A stretch of DNA of 64,000 bases from Octopus vulgaris (Eukaryota): the NCBI GenBank assembly GCA_951406725.2, contig OX597815.1, positions 14,074,001 through 14,138,000 of the forward strand, read 5' to 3'. The position numbers were made by a program, and so were the translations under genes. The notes under the pieces were generated by a model. The model was not told where the DNA came from and searched no databases. It saw nothing but the letters and a program-made list of their open reading frames with translations. Below, piece by piece: positions 12,399 to 24,176 of the stretch. Each line of letters opens with the position of its first letter. Position 1 is the stretch's first letter.

Positions 12399-15300
12399 AT
12401 AACTCGCTCTCAGATTTATTACTGCTTATTTACACTTTTTCGATATCAGTGTCTATCGATACTGGAGAAAGGTATAAGTATTTGTGAGGGGAACCTACTT
12501 CTCATCGACAACTGTGATTGTCACACGCCGATGACGGGTCAATACCCAGAAACTCGAGTCCGTGTGTATCATAAGTTGAAGACGGGAAGGATGCTTTCCC
12601 TTTGCAAATACTGATAGGGCACAGGAAGTGTGTCTATAGCCAGCTCGAGGCGGTGGCCTCCTGGGGCTACAAACTACTGTAGCATCCACCCTTAGGGGTT
12701 AGCCATATTCAAATGGCAAATATACGTCACGATGTGTTGCTGCTACTGTTTATAACTCGCTCTGAGATTTATCATTGTTCGATTTCACTTTTTCAATATC
12801 AGTGTCAATCGATACTGGAAAAAGTATATGTATTTGTGAGGGGAACTGACTTCTCGTCGACAACTGTGATTGTCACACGCCGATGACGGGTCAATACCCA
12901 GAAACTCGAGTCCGTGTGTATCATAAGTTGAAGACGGGAAGGATGCCTTCCCTTTGCAAATACTGATAGGGCACAGGAAGTGTGTCTATAGCCAGCTCGA
13001 GGCGGTGGCCTCCTGGGGCTACAAACTACTGTAGCATCCACCCTTAGGGGTTAGCCATATTCAAATGGCAAATATACGTCACGATGTGTTGCTGCTACTG
13101 TTTATAACTCGCTCTGAGAGTTATCATTGTTCGATTTCACTTTTTCGATATCAGTGTCAATCGATACTGGAAAAAGTATATGTATTTGTGAGGGGAACTG
13201 ACTTCTCGTCGACAACTGTGATTGTCACACGCCGATGACGGGTCAATACCCAGAAACTCGAGTCCGTGTGTATCATAAGTTGAAGACGGGAAGGATGCCT
13301 TCCCTTTGCAAATACTGATAGGGCACAGGAAATGTGTCTATAGCCAGCTCGAGGCGGTGGCCTCCTGGGGCTACAAACTACTGTAGCATCCACCCTTAGG
13401 GGTTAGCCATATTCAAATGGCAAATATACGTCACGATGTGTTGCTGCTACTGTTTATAACTCGCTCTGAGATTTATCATTGTTCGATTTCACTTTTTCAA
13501 TATCAGTGTCAATCGATACTGGAAAAAGTATATGTATTTGTGAGGGGAACTGACTTCTCGTCGACAACTGTGATTGTCACACGCCGATGACGGGTCAATA
13601 CCCAGAAACTCGAGTCCGTGTGTATCATAAGTTGAAGACGGGAAGGATGCCTTCCCTTTGCAAATACTGATATGGCACAGGAAGTGTGTCTATAGCCAGC
13701 TCGAGGCGGTGGCCTCCTGGGGCTACAAACTACTGTAGCATCCACCCTTAGGGGTTAGCCATATTCAAATGGCAAATATACGTCACGATGTGTTGCTGCT
13801 ACTGTTTATAACTCGCTCTGAGAGTTATCATTGTTCGATTTCACTTTTTCGATATCAGTGTCAATCGATACTGGAAAAAGTATATGTATTTGTGAGGGGA
13901 ACTGACTTCTCGTCGACAACTGTGATTGTCACACGCCGATGACGGGTCAATACCCAGAAACTCGAGTCCGTGTGTATCATAAGTTGAAGACGGGAAGGAT
14001 GCCTTCCCTTTGCAAATACTGATAGGGCACAGGAAGTGTGTCTATAGCCAGCTCGAGGCGGTGGCCTCCTGGGGTTACAAACTACTGTAGCATCCACCCT
14101 TAGGGGTTAGCCATATTCAAATGGCAAATATACGTCACGATGTGTTGCTGCTACTGTTTATAACTCGCTCTGAGTGTTATCATTGTTCGATTTCACTTTT
14201 TCAATATCAGTGTCAATCGATACTGGAAAAAGTATATGTATTTGTGAGGGGAACTGACTTCTCGTCGACAACTGTGATTGTCACACGCCGATGACGGGTC
14301 AATACCCAGAAACTCGAGTCCGTGTGTATCATAAGTTGAAGACGGGAAGGATGCCTTCCCTTTGCAAATACTGATAGGGCACAGGAAATGTGTCTATAGC
14401 CAGCTCGAGGCGGTGGCCTCCTGGGGCTACAAACTACTGTAGCATCCACCCTTAGGGGTTAGCCATATTCAAATGGCAAATATACGTCACGATGTGTTGC
14501 TGCTACTGTTTATAACTCGCTCTGAGAGTTATCATTGCTCGATTTCACTTTTTCAATATCAGTGTCAATCGATACTGGAAAAAGTATATGTATTTGTGAG
14601 GGGAACTGACTTCTCGTCGACAACTGTGATTGTCACACGCCGATGACGGGTCAATACCCAGAAACTCGAGTCCGTGTGTATCATAAGTTGAAGACGGGAA
14701 GGATGCCTTCCCTTTGCAAATACTGATAGGGCACAGGAAATGTGTCTATAGCCAGCTCGAGGCGGTGGCCTCCTGGGGCTACAAACTACTGTAGCATCCA
14801 CCCTTAGGGGTTAGCCATATTCAAATGGCAAATATACGTCACGATGTGTTGCTGCTACTGTTTATAACTCGCTCTGAGAGTTATCATTGTTCGATTTCAC
14901 TTTTTCAATATCAGTGTCAATCGATACTGGAAAAAGTATATGTATTTGTGAGGGGAACTGACTTCTCGTCGACAACTGTGATTGTCACACGCCGATGACG
15001 GGTCAATACCCAGAAACTCGAGTCCGTGTGTATCATAAGTTGAAGACACGAAGGATGCCTTCCCTTTGCAAATACTGATAGGGCACAGGAAGTGTGTCTA
15101 TAGCCAGCTCGAGGCGGTGGCCTCCTGGGGCTACACACTACTGTAGCATCCACCCTTAGGGGTTAGCCATATTCAAATGGCAAATATACGTCACGATGTG
15201 TTGCTGCTACTGTTTATAACTCGCTCTGAGATTTATCATTGTTCGATTTCACTTTTTCAATATCAGTGTCAATCGATACTGGAAAAAGTATATGTATTTG

Positions 15301-15546
15301 TGAGGGGAACTGACTTCTCGTCGACAACTGTGATTGTCACACGCCGATGACGGGTCAATACCCAGAAACTCGAGTCCGTGTGTATCATAAGTTGAAGACG
15401 GGAAGGATGCCTTCCCTTTGCAAATACTGATAGGGCACAGGAAATGTGTCTATAGCCAGCTCGAGGCGGTGGCCTCCTGGGGCTACAAACTACTGTAGCA
15501 TTCACCCTTAGGAGTTAGCCATATTTTAATGGCAAATATACGTCAC
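12399..15546 (+). repeat. Tandem array of a 352-bp unit (about 8.9 copies), putative non-LTR retrozyme array
   Basis: The unit start ATAACTCGCTCT recurs at 12399, 12752 and then every 352 bp. The last unit stops at TATACGTCAC (15546). Internal units differ by only a few substitutions. Each unit has one hammerhead motif. Confidence 0.95.
12509..12578 (+). ncRNA. Type I hammerhead ribozyme motif (copy 1 of 9; others at multiples of +352)
   Basis: CACACG (stem I) - CCGATGA (core) - c GGGT caat ACCC a (stem II) - GAA - ACTCGAGT (palindromic stem III) - C | CGTGTG (stem I partner). Stem I extends through GTGAT/ATCAT and CAACT/AGTTG. Predicted cleavage after GUC at 12560, 12912, 13264, 13616, 13968, 14320, 14672, 15024 and 15376. 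Confidence 0.85.
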
Positions 15547-16662
15547 AATCTTCACTTTATCCTCCTGATTTCCTGAATGTTCTTAATATAAGTAGCATCC
15601 CACGTTACATTATCAAATTAAAAACCGGTGTTCCTTATAATGTTGCTAAGAAACTTAGATCAGAGAAATGGTCTCTGCAATGACGTACGTTATAGAGTGT
15701 TATAGGTGTCTGATAATATGATCACGTCAAGTAAATTAACTGGTGTTGATGCAGGGCCCACACTTTTGATTCTCCTCATTATTCTGCAACCATATAATAC
15801 CGATTTGCCGTTTACTTTGAAAATACGCCAATTTCCAGTGAGACCTGCTTTCGCGATGTCTATAAACAAAAAGTCAAGAACAAAACCTTTCTAAGTGTGG
15901 CATCTACATGTCTGCGCCAGTATTTGCACATGGCCAGATATGTATCGCTCTTAGTAGAGTTGGGGATCCAGTGAATCTTAAAATATTTACTGATCAAAAA
16001 GAATTTACCAGATCAGGAACAAGTAGATATCATAATGAAAATGTAAGAAGGCTTACGCATAATGTTGTCTACACGGAAATAGTGTAGATATTGATATGCT
16101 GCCTATGTAAAAAGTAGAGATTTGCTTAATATTTTCTTTGTTATTTTATTACTGACTTTGTAAAGTATTTGCATAACTAAGAATATGTAAATATATTATC
16201 AAATTATATCATTTGTGTATTTCTCAAACTATAGTTGAATTAAATTGAAATGTTAGTCTAAACATAGCGTTGTTTTATCCATATTGACGGGTCATGTACT
16301 AGTAATAATAATAATAACAACGAGAAGAAGAAGAAGAAGAAGAAGAAGAAGAAGAAGAAGAAGAAGAAGAAGAAGAAGAAGAAGAAGAAGAAGAAGAAGA
16401 AGAAGAAGAAGAAGAGGAGGAATATGTCAAAGAAATTGGAATTGACGAGAGCAGAGCAAACTCTAAAAACCGCTCTGCTCAGGACAGCTCGAAATTTGAG
16501 ATTGTTACTTGGATGATAATTCACAACCACGTATCAAAGCTAATAATGTGTGAAACGAGAACCTGTGAGACCTCTGAGAGGAGGTCGCTGTTCGTTGTTA
16601 CAGAATCTACCAGAGCAAACAAGGCCGAACCTTCTGAGAAGTAAAACAACAACAACAACTAC

Positions 16663-16699
<37 letters not shown>

Positions 16700-16904
16700 T
16701 TAATAATAATATTTTCTGTTATTGGCACGAGGCCTGACATTCGAGGAGAAGGTAAGAGTCGTTTACATGGACCCCAACTTTTAAACGGTGCATAATTTAT
16801 CGACTCCGAAATGGTGAAAGGTAAAGTCGACCTCGGCGAAATTCGAACTTAGAACGTAAGGACGGACGAAAAGCCGCTAAGCATATTGTTCGGCGTGCTA
16901 TGAC

Positions 16905-19742
16905 AACAACAACATGCATGTTCTATAGCGGGCTCTCCATACAAGAAAAATCTAATCTAATAACATCGGTGGAATGGGATTGACCAAATTAAACACTCAG
17001 TAAGAGATAAAAGGAACGAAGTTGTAGCTAAAGACGATACTACTGAGGAAATATCTATAGACCAACCCATGTCTGATGAAAATGCAATAATGATAGAAAG
17101 AATCAATATAACTGATAAGCAATGTGAAATACTCTCTGAACCAACCATAAACACCAAGGCAGATGTACATGAAACAGATGAAGAAAGTCACACAGAAATT
17201 TAACCCAACTGGAGTAGATGAGTTTAAAATGACTGAAAATTAAAGAAGCTAATATGAATGCACGTGATACTCTCCTAAAAATTCGTAACTTTAAGCAAAA
17301 CATAAAAATAATTGATAACATCCGCCATACACTTAAAGGTAGAATTTCAGCTAATGATGTTGATATTACAGATCTCAACCACTTGTACAATACATCCGTG
17401 AAGATCTCAACGATTCTATGTGGTGAAAAGATTAAAAAAACGACAACATTCCAACAAAACGCCTACTTGGCAAGAGCGTGTACAAACACCAAATTCAGCC
17501 ACTTAAGTTTCACTTAGAATGTTTGAGAAATGATATGTTTGACAAGACTATTAAACAAACAAAAATCTTAAAACTAAATAAAAAGTATAACATGAAAGCC
17601 ATACTTGACGTCGACACCACCATAGAAACTATCAAGCAAAGAGCATTTGCTAAAGCTGCCCACACAACACGGTATAAACAGCGCGTTAAATTCTTCAGGG
17701 ACAACAACATGTTCAAAAATAACCCCAAAAATGTTTACAGGAAGATGGAGAAAATACCAATTACAGTAAAGTCTGTCCCATCAAAAGAAGAAATACAGGA
17801 ATTTGGGGATAAAAATTGGGCAGAAGAAAAAACTGATATGAAAAAGGCCCCTCGAATTTACAGAATATCTACTGACTTAGAATTCTTAGAATAGCAAAAG
17901 TGGGAGTGTATCAAGGTACAGGATGTAAGATCTGGTTCCAGGAAGTCAAGCAAATGGAAGTCTCCAGGAAAAGATAAAATTCCTAATTTCTGGTTGAATG
18001 CCTTCCCAGAGAGTCATGAAATGCTAACAAAAATTAACAACGACGTTTTTCAACGACCTAGTATGGTTACCTCTTGGCTAGTTGTGGAGGCACATGGCCT
18101 AGTGGTTAGAGCAGCAGAGTCCCGGTCGATGGATTGCGGGTTCGAATCTCAGACCGGGTGATGTGTGTGTTTATGAGCGAAAACACCTAAGCTCCAAGCG
18201 GCTCCGACAGAAGGTAATAGCGAACTTCTGCTGACTCTTTCGCCACAACTTTCTCTCACTCTTTCCTCCAGCATCTTGCAGCTCACCTGCGACGGACCGG
18301 CGTCACGTCCAGGTGGAGAACCTATACGCCAAGGAAACCGGGAAACCGGAAACCTCTTGGCTAGTTAATGGTGTGACATTCTTACTTCCAAAAAATGAAG
18401 AAACAAATGATTCAAAAACTTTTAGACCCATAACCTGCTTAACAACAATGTATAAAATACTAACATCTGAATTAACTGAATATGCTTATAGTTTGATAAT
18501 AGATAGCGGCATATTCCCTAATGATAAAAAAAGGATGTAAACGTGGGTCTTATGGTTGTACAGATCAGCTACTCATCAATAAGATGATCTTGGAAGATGG
18601 TCACAAACCATACAAAAACTTTTCCATAGCTTGGATAGATTATAAAAAAAAGCACGAAAACAAGAAAGCATCATACTCAGTAACAAAAGAGGCTAACAAA
18701 TATCTAAGTGAATTCCAAATACAGCAAATCCCAGAATTATATGTACTAGGAACAACCACTGAAAAAGCTAAGCGTATGAAAACCTGTAATAAAACTGCTG
18801 TCTTAGATATTATTGCTGATAAATGCCAAGAAAAACCTCCAAATGGTAACTACCCAAATAGAGCCAATAATGCCGATGTTGACAAAGCCCTTACCCATCA
18901 GCGGTTTGTTTCTTCTGGCTTAAAATCAGAAACGGATGAGTTTGTCATAGTAGCTCAAGATCAATGCCTGTCTACAATGAGCTACCATGCAAACATATTA
19001 GAGAACGGCTGTAGCCCAACAAGTCATGTATGTAAACAACACAATGAAATCATCGATCATGTTGTCTCCATGTGTAGTTTTCTTGCGCCTGCAGAGTATC
19101 TCAACAGACGTGATAGAGCAGCACAATATATTCACTGAATAATTTGCAAAAACTTGGATCTACCCCATGATAAAAACTGGTGGAAACACAAACTACCTCC
19201 GGTGCTTGAAAGTAATCACCTCTCAATCCTCTGGAACATCATCGTTCAAACTGACAGAGAGACAGATGTGAATAGGCCAGACATCATATTGAAGGTGTTC
19301 AAACAAAAATCATGCATCCTCATTGATATAACTGTCCCAATCGACATAAATGTGTCTGTCAAGACCTACAAAAAAACTGAGTAAATATAAAGATCTTCAA
19401 ATAGAAATTGGCAAAATGTGAAAGCTCAAGACTAAAACAGTACCTGTATTTATAGGTGCTATAGGAATAATATCAAAAGTAGCTGATTCCTACTTAGCTC
19501 AAATACCAGGTAACTCTAAAATGGCACAAATTCGAATGATAAGGCTTATGAGAACTTCCCATATACTACGTAAAATACTGTGTATGTAATCTCAAATTTT
19601 ACAGCATACTTCTTGTTTTCTTAAACATTCCGTAGAACAGCACGTTGGGCAAAACTAAATATATGACACCCTAGGCATAACACCAACTTGCAATTCTAAC
19701 TTGTCTCTTGAGGTGTCTGGATAAGACTTGGAGTCAAAGCAA

Positions 19743-19745
<3 letters not shown>
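16905..19745 (+). mobile_element. R4/Dong family B, internally deleted, with a nested SINE
   Basis: ORFs 17478-17894, 18313-18540, 18521-19138 and 19154-19384 match the copy at 49135-52556. The RT core is deleted at AWIDYKK|KHENKKASY. CCHC-like and NRPDII motifs are present; it ends in (AAT)n. Confidence 0.9.
18084..18351 (+). mobile_element. tRNA-derived SINE inserted in the R4 element
   Basis: A box TGGCCTAGTGG, B box GGTTCGAATCT. 15-bp TSD ACCTCTTGGCTAGTT at 18069-18083 and 18352-18366. Confidence 0.92.
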
Positions 19746-19821
<76 letters not shown>

Positions 19822-19896
19822 AATAAATGATATTAATAAATAATAATAATAAATAATAATAATAATTATAATAATAATAATAATAATTAATGATAA

Positions 19897-19930
<34 letters not shown>

Positions 19931-20099
19931 CAACAACAATAACAGCAACAATAACAACAACAACAATACCAACAACAATAACAATAACAACAGCAATAAC
20001 AACAACAACAATAACAACAATAATAACAATAACAACAATAATAACAATAACAACAATAATAACAATAACAACAATAATAACAATAATAATAATAATAAC

Positions 20100-20170
<71 letters not shown>

Positions 20171-20175
20171 TAATA
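19742..20175. repeat. (AAT)n/(AAC)n microsatellite
   Basis: Seen directly. Similar tracts lie at 1-332, 2463-2800, 48777-49133 and 54906-55158. Confidence 0.95.
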
Positions 20176-20589
20176 GTCACGACGAAGAGCGTGATTCGAT
20201 TGTAAGATATTTTATTAGTTGAAGGATATTTCAACAGTAAGTCTGTCTTTGTCAAGTTCAAAATAAGAAGTGATAACAATTCAAAATTACAGAAATTTAA
20301 ACGTAAAGTATGAACGAGAGCAACCAGTTGATGGAATGATATCATCAGTTTTTAAGTTAAAAATTTATAACAGGCGAAAAGAAAAAGACAGGAAAAAAAA
20401 CAGAAAAAAGAAGACGACAGAAAAAAAGGAAAGAAAAAGAGAGAAAGAAGAATATTTAATCAAACAGTTTTATATAAATTTGATGATATTCTCCTGTCAT
20501 CTTATTCATTCCTCCAGGGCGTGATGTTAATAACTCGCAAACATATTTCTCCTCATACATTCTGAGAAGTGAAAGTGAAGCAGATTGAG

Positions 20590-21050
20590 AATATTTTCTC
20601 AGAATATCACTTTCAAGTCTTCAAAATGGCAGCCGCTTGAAACGAAATGTTCTGCAAGTTCTGTCGAACTACTGTTATTGTGCCTGACGTCGAATCTGTG
20701 CCCATTAAACCTTTTGTTTAATTGTTCTGTTGTACAACCAACATAAATTAAGTAGTGTTTTGGGTATTCTGCAGCGTACACCAAATGGGAATCTTTACAT
20801 GTTCCACCATCTGTATAAATCATAACATTCCTGTTATGATTTCTGATGGAATTCACTTGACTCATGCTGTTGCACAATGAACAGGGCTTACCTCCCTTGC
20901 GGCTGTTCGTTTTCTTGGAGTCAGATATAGATGTCAATAATTCTCTTATATTCTTATTCCGTCTGAAGACGACAATAGACGGCTGAGTGAATATCTGTTT
21001 GATATTTGGAATTCCTTGAATCTTGTCAGGCAGGCATTAGAGAAAGCCTT
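20590..21050 (-). mobile_element. Penelope-like element GIY-YIG endonuclease fragment
   Basis: ORF 20599-20937: CSLC..TCKDSHLVYAAEYPKHYLIYVGCTTEQLNKRFNGHRFDVR..ELAEHF. Confidence 0.85.
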
Positions 21051-22989
21051 AAAACAATGGGAAAGAAATCCTGGAACAACCACGTGCATTTATACTGCCT
21101 ACTCTGAACAGAATCATGTAAGAGCAAAATATAGATGCGGAAGAAGGTACTTACTGTGATTTAGTTGGCGAGGAATGGACGGATGTTCCGTCCCTATTAG
21201 TATGTCTGGATGTTTCCATGCGCCGTTCTTTGCATATACATGTATTTATGTATTTTTGGGAAGCCCCTACTTCTTCAGGGTATTTTGCTTTGGTGATGTT
21301 ATATGAGTGTTGTGATGTTTGTATGACTTTAATATGTTGGTGCGTTGTTTCTTGGTATGATAACATCGTTGTGCGTGATGTCTGTATGGTTATAAATTTG
21401 ATTGATTAGTTTTTTTATTGTTGATGTCTATTGTTGTGTAATTCAAAATGTTCAATAAGTCTGACTTTTCTTGGTGTTGAGATGTGCGACCTGAAACTTG
21501 TGTGTTTGAATTTGAGTGTGGATGTGATGGTGGCGTTTGTGATAGTGTTGTTGGTGGTGCTGCTGTTGGTGCTGGTGCTGGTGGTGCTGGTAGTGGTGCT
21601 GGTGGTGCTGGTGATGGTAGTGATGTGGATGATGTTGTTGACGATGCTTCTGTGGCTGCTGTTGAGGGTGATATTTGAGTATTTGTTTTCAATGATATCT
21701 CTCCCTTCTGGTGAAAACAAAACCTGCCAGTTTTTCGTGTTGATGTTAGTATTGGTTTATTTCTTTTTCTTTTCTTCGATCTTCGAACCTTTTGCCAGTT
21801 TGGTCTCCCCCGACATGTTTGATTCTTATGAACCCGGGAGTGGCAAATCTTGCAGAGATTTTAGTCTTTTGTTCTGTTGATAAATTTTGGGTAGTTCTTT
21901 TGGGAGGTTCTAATGCTGTGGTTTTTGCTGCTGTCGAAGTTGGTTGTTTCTCTGCTGCTGTTTCCACTTTTGTTCTTGGTGCTGTTGTTGCTACTGCTGT
22001 CGGTGCTTCTGTGATTGCATATGCTGCTACGACTGTTACTGCTGTTTTTGCAACTGTAGCCGCCTGCTTTTGCTGTCTGTTGTTGTTGTGGTGGCAGTGG
22101 TGGCGGTGGTGTCGGCGGCGGTGGTAAAGGTGCAGGTCTCTCTTTCTTTTGTTGTGGGCAGTAAGCCTTTAGATGGTTTGTCTCCCTTCACAGGTGACAT
22201 CTTGGCTTTCTGCCCTCGACAGCCACGTGAAGTTTTGTAGCATCCAGTAGGCATACGTAATCTGGGACAACGTCCACGCTTTGCTATTAAAAGCTGCATC
22301 CCCTATCCTAACCAGTTCTGCTTGTGTCTTTTATGGATTCGCATTTTTTAAATTCTTTACAGCCACTAACCAGTAAATGTTAATCTCTGGTGGGATGTTA
22401 AGTATTCTAATTCTGAAGATTCTTCGACCAAGGTAGATAGGAATGAGAATAACTTCGTCACTCTTTAGGTTAGCTGTCGAGTGCTTTTCTTGCGTGCCCC
22501 TCTGAGGCGAACCTCACCGCGACGGTTCCATATTTTTCCCCCTTGCCAGATAAGTTTTGTTTTCCCACGCTGGTTTCAGGCGTTTCTCTAACTGATACTG
22601 TGTTGTCTGCTCCTTTTTCCTACTATTTGCACCAGTTGTTTTATATAGAACTGTCCGCAAATTAATTTCTTTCTGGACAGTTCTAGGAATGTTTAAAGCT
22701 ACATTTCTGCCACCACATTTCACGAAGATGCATTTGACATTCTTAAAATCATTTTCATCTGAAGAATTATCTTCACTGACTTGTCAAGTCGCTTGTGTAG
22801 AGTCAAAACTATTCCGAATGGATTTGCATGTCTCGATTTTGTTTTCTTTTTCGTTAATTATGTTGGTGACGGTGGTAGTGTTGGTCCTGCTGCTGGCACC
22901 AGGGGTGGCGGTGGAAGTGGTAGTGTTTTCGTTCATGTTGTAGCTTTTTGTCATTTTCTTTTGTTCCTGCGATGGTGAAGGGGATTAAA

Positions 22990-23702
22990 ATTTTTATTGC
23001 CCACAAGGGGCTAAACATAGAGCGGACAAACAAGGACAGACAAAGGGATTAAGTCGATTACATCGACCCCAGTGCGTAACTGGTACTTAATTTATCGACC
23101 CCGAAAGGATGAAAGGCAAAGTAGACCTCGGCGGAATTTGAACTCAGAACCTAATGACAGACGAAATACCTATTTCTTTACTACCCACAAGGGGCTAAAC
23201 GTAGAGGGGACAAACAAGGACAGACAAAGGGATTAAGTCGATTACATCGACCCCAGTGCGTAACTGGTACTTAATTTATCGACCCTGAAAGGATGAAAGG
23301 CAAAGTAGACCTCGGCGGAATTTGAACTCAGAACCTAATGACAGACGAAATACCAATTTCTTTACTACCCACAAGGGGCTAAACGTAGAGGGGACAAACA
23401 AGGACAGACAAAGGGATTAAGTCGATTACATCGACCCGAGTGCTTAACTGGTACTTAATTTATCGACCCCGAAAAGATGAAAGGCAAAGTAGACCTCGGC
23501 GGAATTTGAACTCAGAATCTAATGACAGATGAAATACCTATTTCTTTACTACCCACAAGGGGCTAAACACAGAGGGGACAAACAAGGACAGACAAAGGGA
23601 TTAAGTCGATGACATCGACCCCAGTGTGTAACTGGTACTTAATTTATCGACTCCGAAAGGATGAAAGGCAAAGTCGACCTCGGCAGAATTTGACTCAGAA
23701 CG
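22990..23702 (-). repeat. Head-to-tail array of four 5'-truncated SINE units, period 184 bp
   Basis: CCCACAAGGGGCTAAAC recurs at 23000, 23184, 23368 and 23552. A full-length relative lies at 37280-37510. Confidence 0.92.
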
Positions 23703-23956
23703 CAGCTTCAGTGTTGAAGGGGATCGAAGATGCAAGGGAAAAACGTTTTCATATGTTTCACGTGCGCTACTCTTGTTTTTGCTGTTGTTGTCGCTGCTGC
23801 TGCTACAGCAGTCACTGTCTTTCACGATTTGGCTGTTCTCTTCCAGACACTCGGTTATTCCATTCAGCGAATGGACAATTTCCGTTCACCATCTTTGATT
23901 TTAGCAAAAAGATTAGGGGCGTCTTCGCCCAGACAAACACCAAAATAGCCCCTTAA

Positions 23957-24176
23957 CACTTTCGTTACTGTATTTCTTTTGAGATGCTGTGTTTCTTTCA
24001 ATTAATTTTAAATATAACATAGAATTTAGTAAAATAACTTTGTTATCATTCAGCTAGTGTTAGGAACATAAATTGTGACTAAGGTTTGGTGGAAGATTTT
24101 GATTCAGAACTTATGAAAACAAGATATTTGTACTGCAGAGCCAAAGGCGGTTTCAGCCGGGTTGGTATCGAAAGGG
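23957..24176. mobile_element. piggyBac-like MITE (220 bp)
   Basis: TTAA TSD at 23953-23956 and 24177-24180. Imperfect TIRs CACTTTCGTTAC / GTATCGAAAGGG. Removing it restores similarity to 5331-5360. Confidence 0.8.

Larger units (their letters stand above)
12250..16087 (+). pseudogene. Helitron Rep/Hel C-terminal PIF1-family helicase relic, split by the 352-bp array
   Basis: Before the array: AILTTKKEEVDNLNNHIIQKFP..RSIDPVAED. After it: QSSLYPPDFLN..IKLKTGVP/MLLRNLDQRNGLCN..RQFPVRPAFAMSINK..VFAHGQICIALSRV..NVVYTEIV*. Stops and frameshifts are present. Confidence 0.9.
10326..16302 (+). mobile_element. Defective Helitron with nested insertions
   Basis: 5' end A^TCTTATACTATAATAAGAG followed by (GTCC)n. 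3' end is a degenerate hairpin half (GACGGG) plus CTAG^T. It sits in an A^T site with no TSD and contains a PIF1 helicase relic. Confidence 0.8.

Noticed and set aside
12532-12549. TGACGGGTCA shared between the repeat unit and the Helitron 3' end (about 16285-16294), suggesting tandem Helitron ends
   Set aside because: The match is only 10 bp, the unit lacks CTAG at the matching position, and the segment is fully explained as hammerhead core plus stem II.
12805-15505. Repeated 78-aa minus-strand ORF (MDATVVCSPRR..) as a tandem gene family
   Set aside because: It begins at a GTG, has no recognisable domain and is truncated in copy 1. It is the antisense reading of a structured RNA unit.
12399-15546. 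CRISPR array or tandem 5S/snRNA/tRNA gene cluster
   Set aside because: There are no unique spacers, the context is eukaryotic, and I recognised no 5S, U snRNA, spliced-leader or tRNA sequence in the unit.
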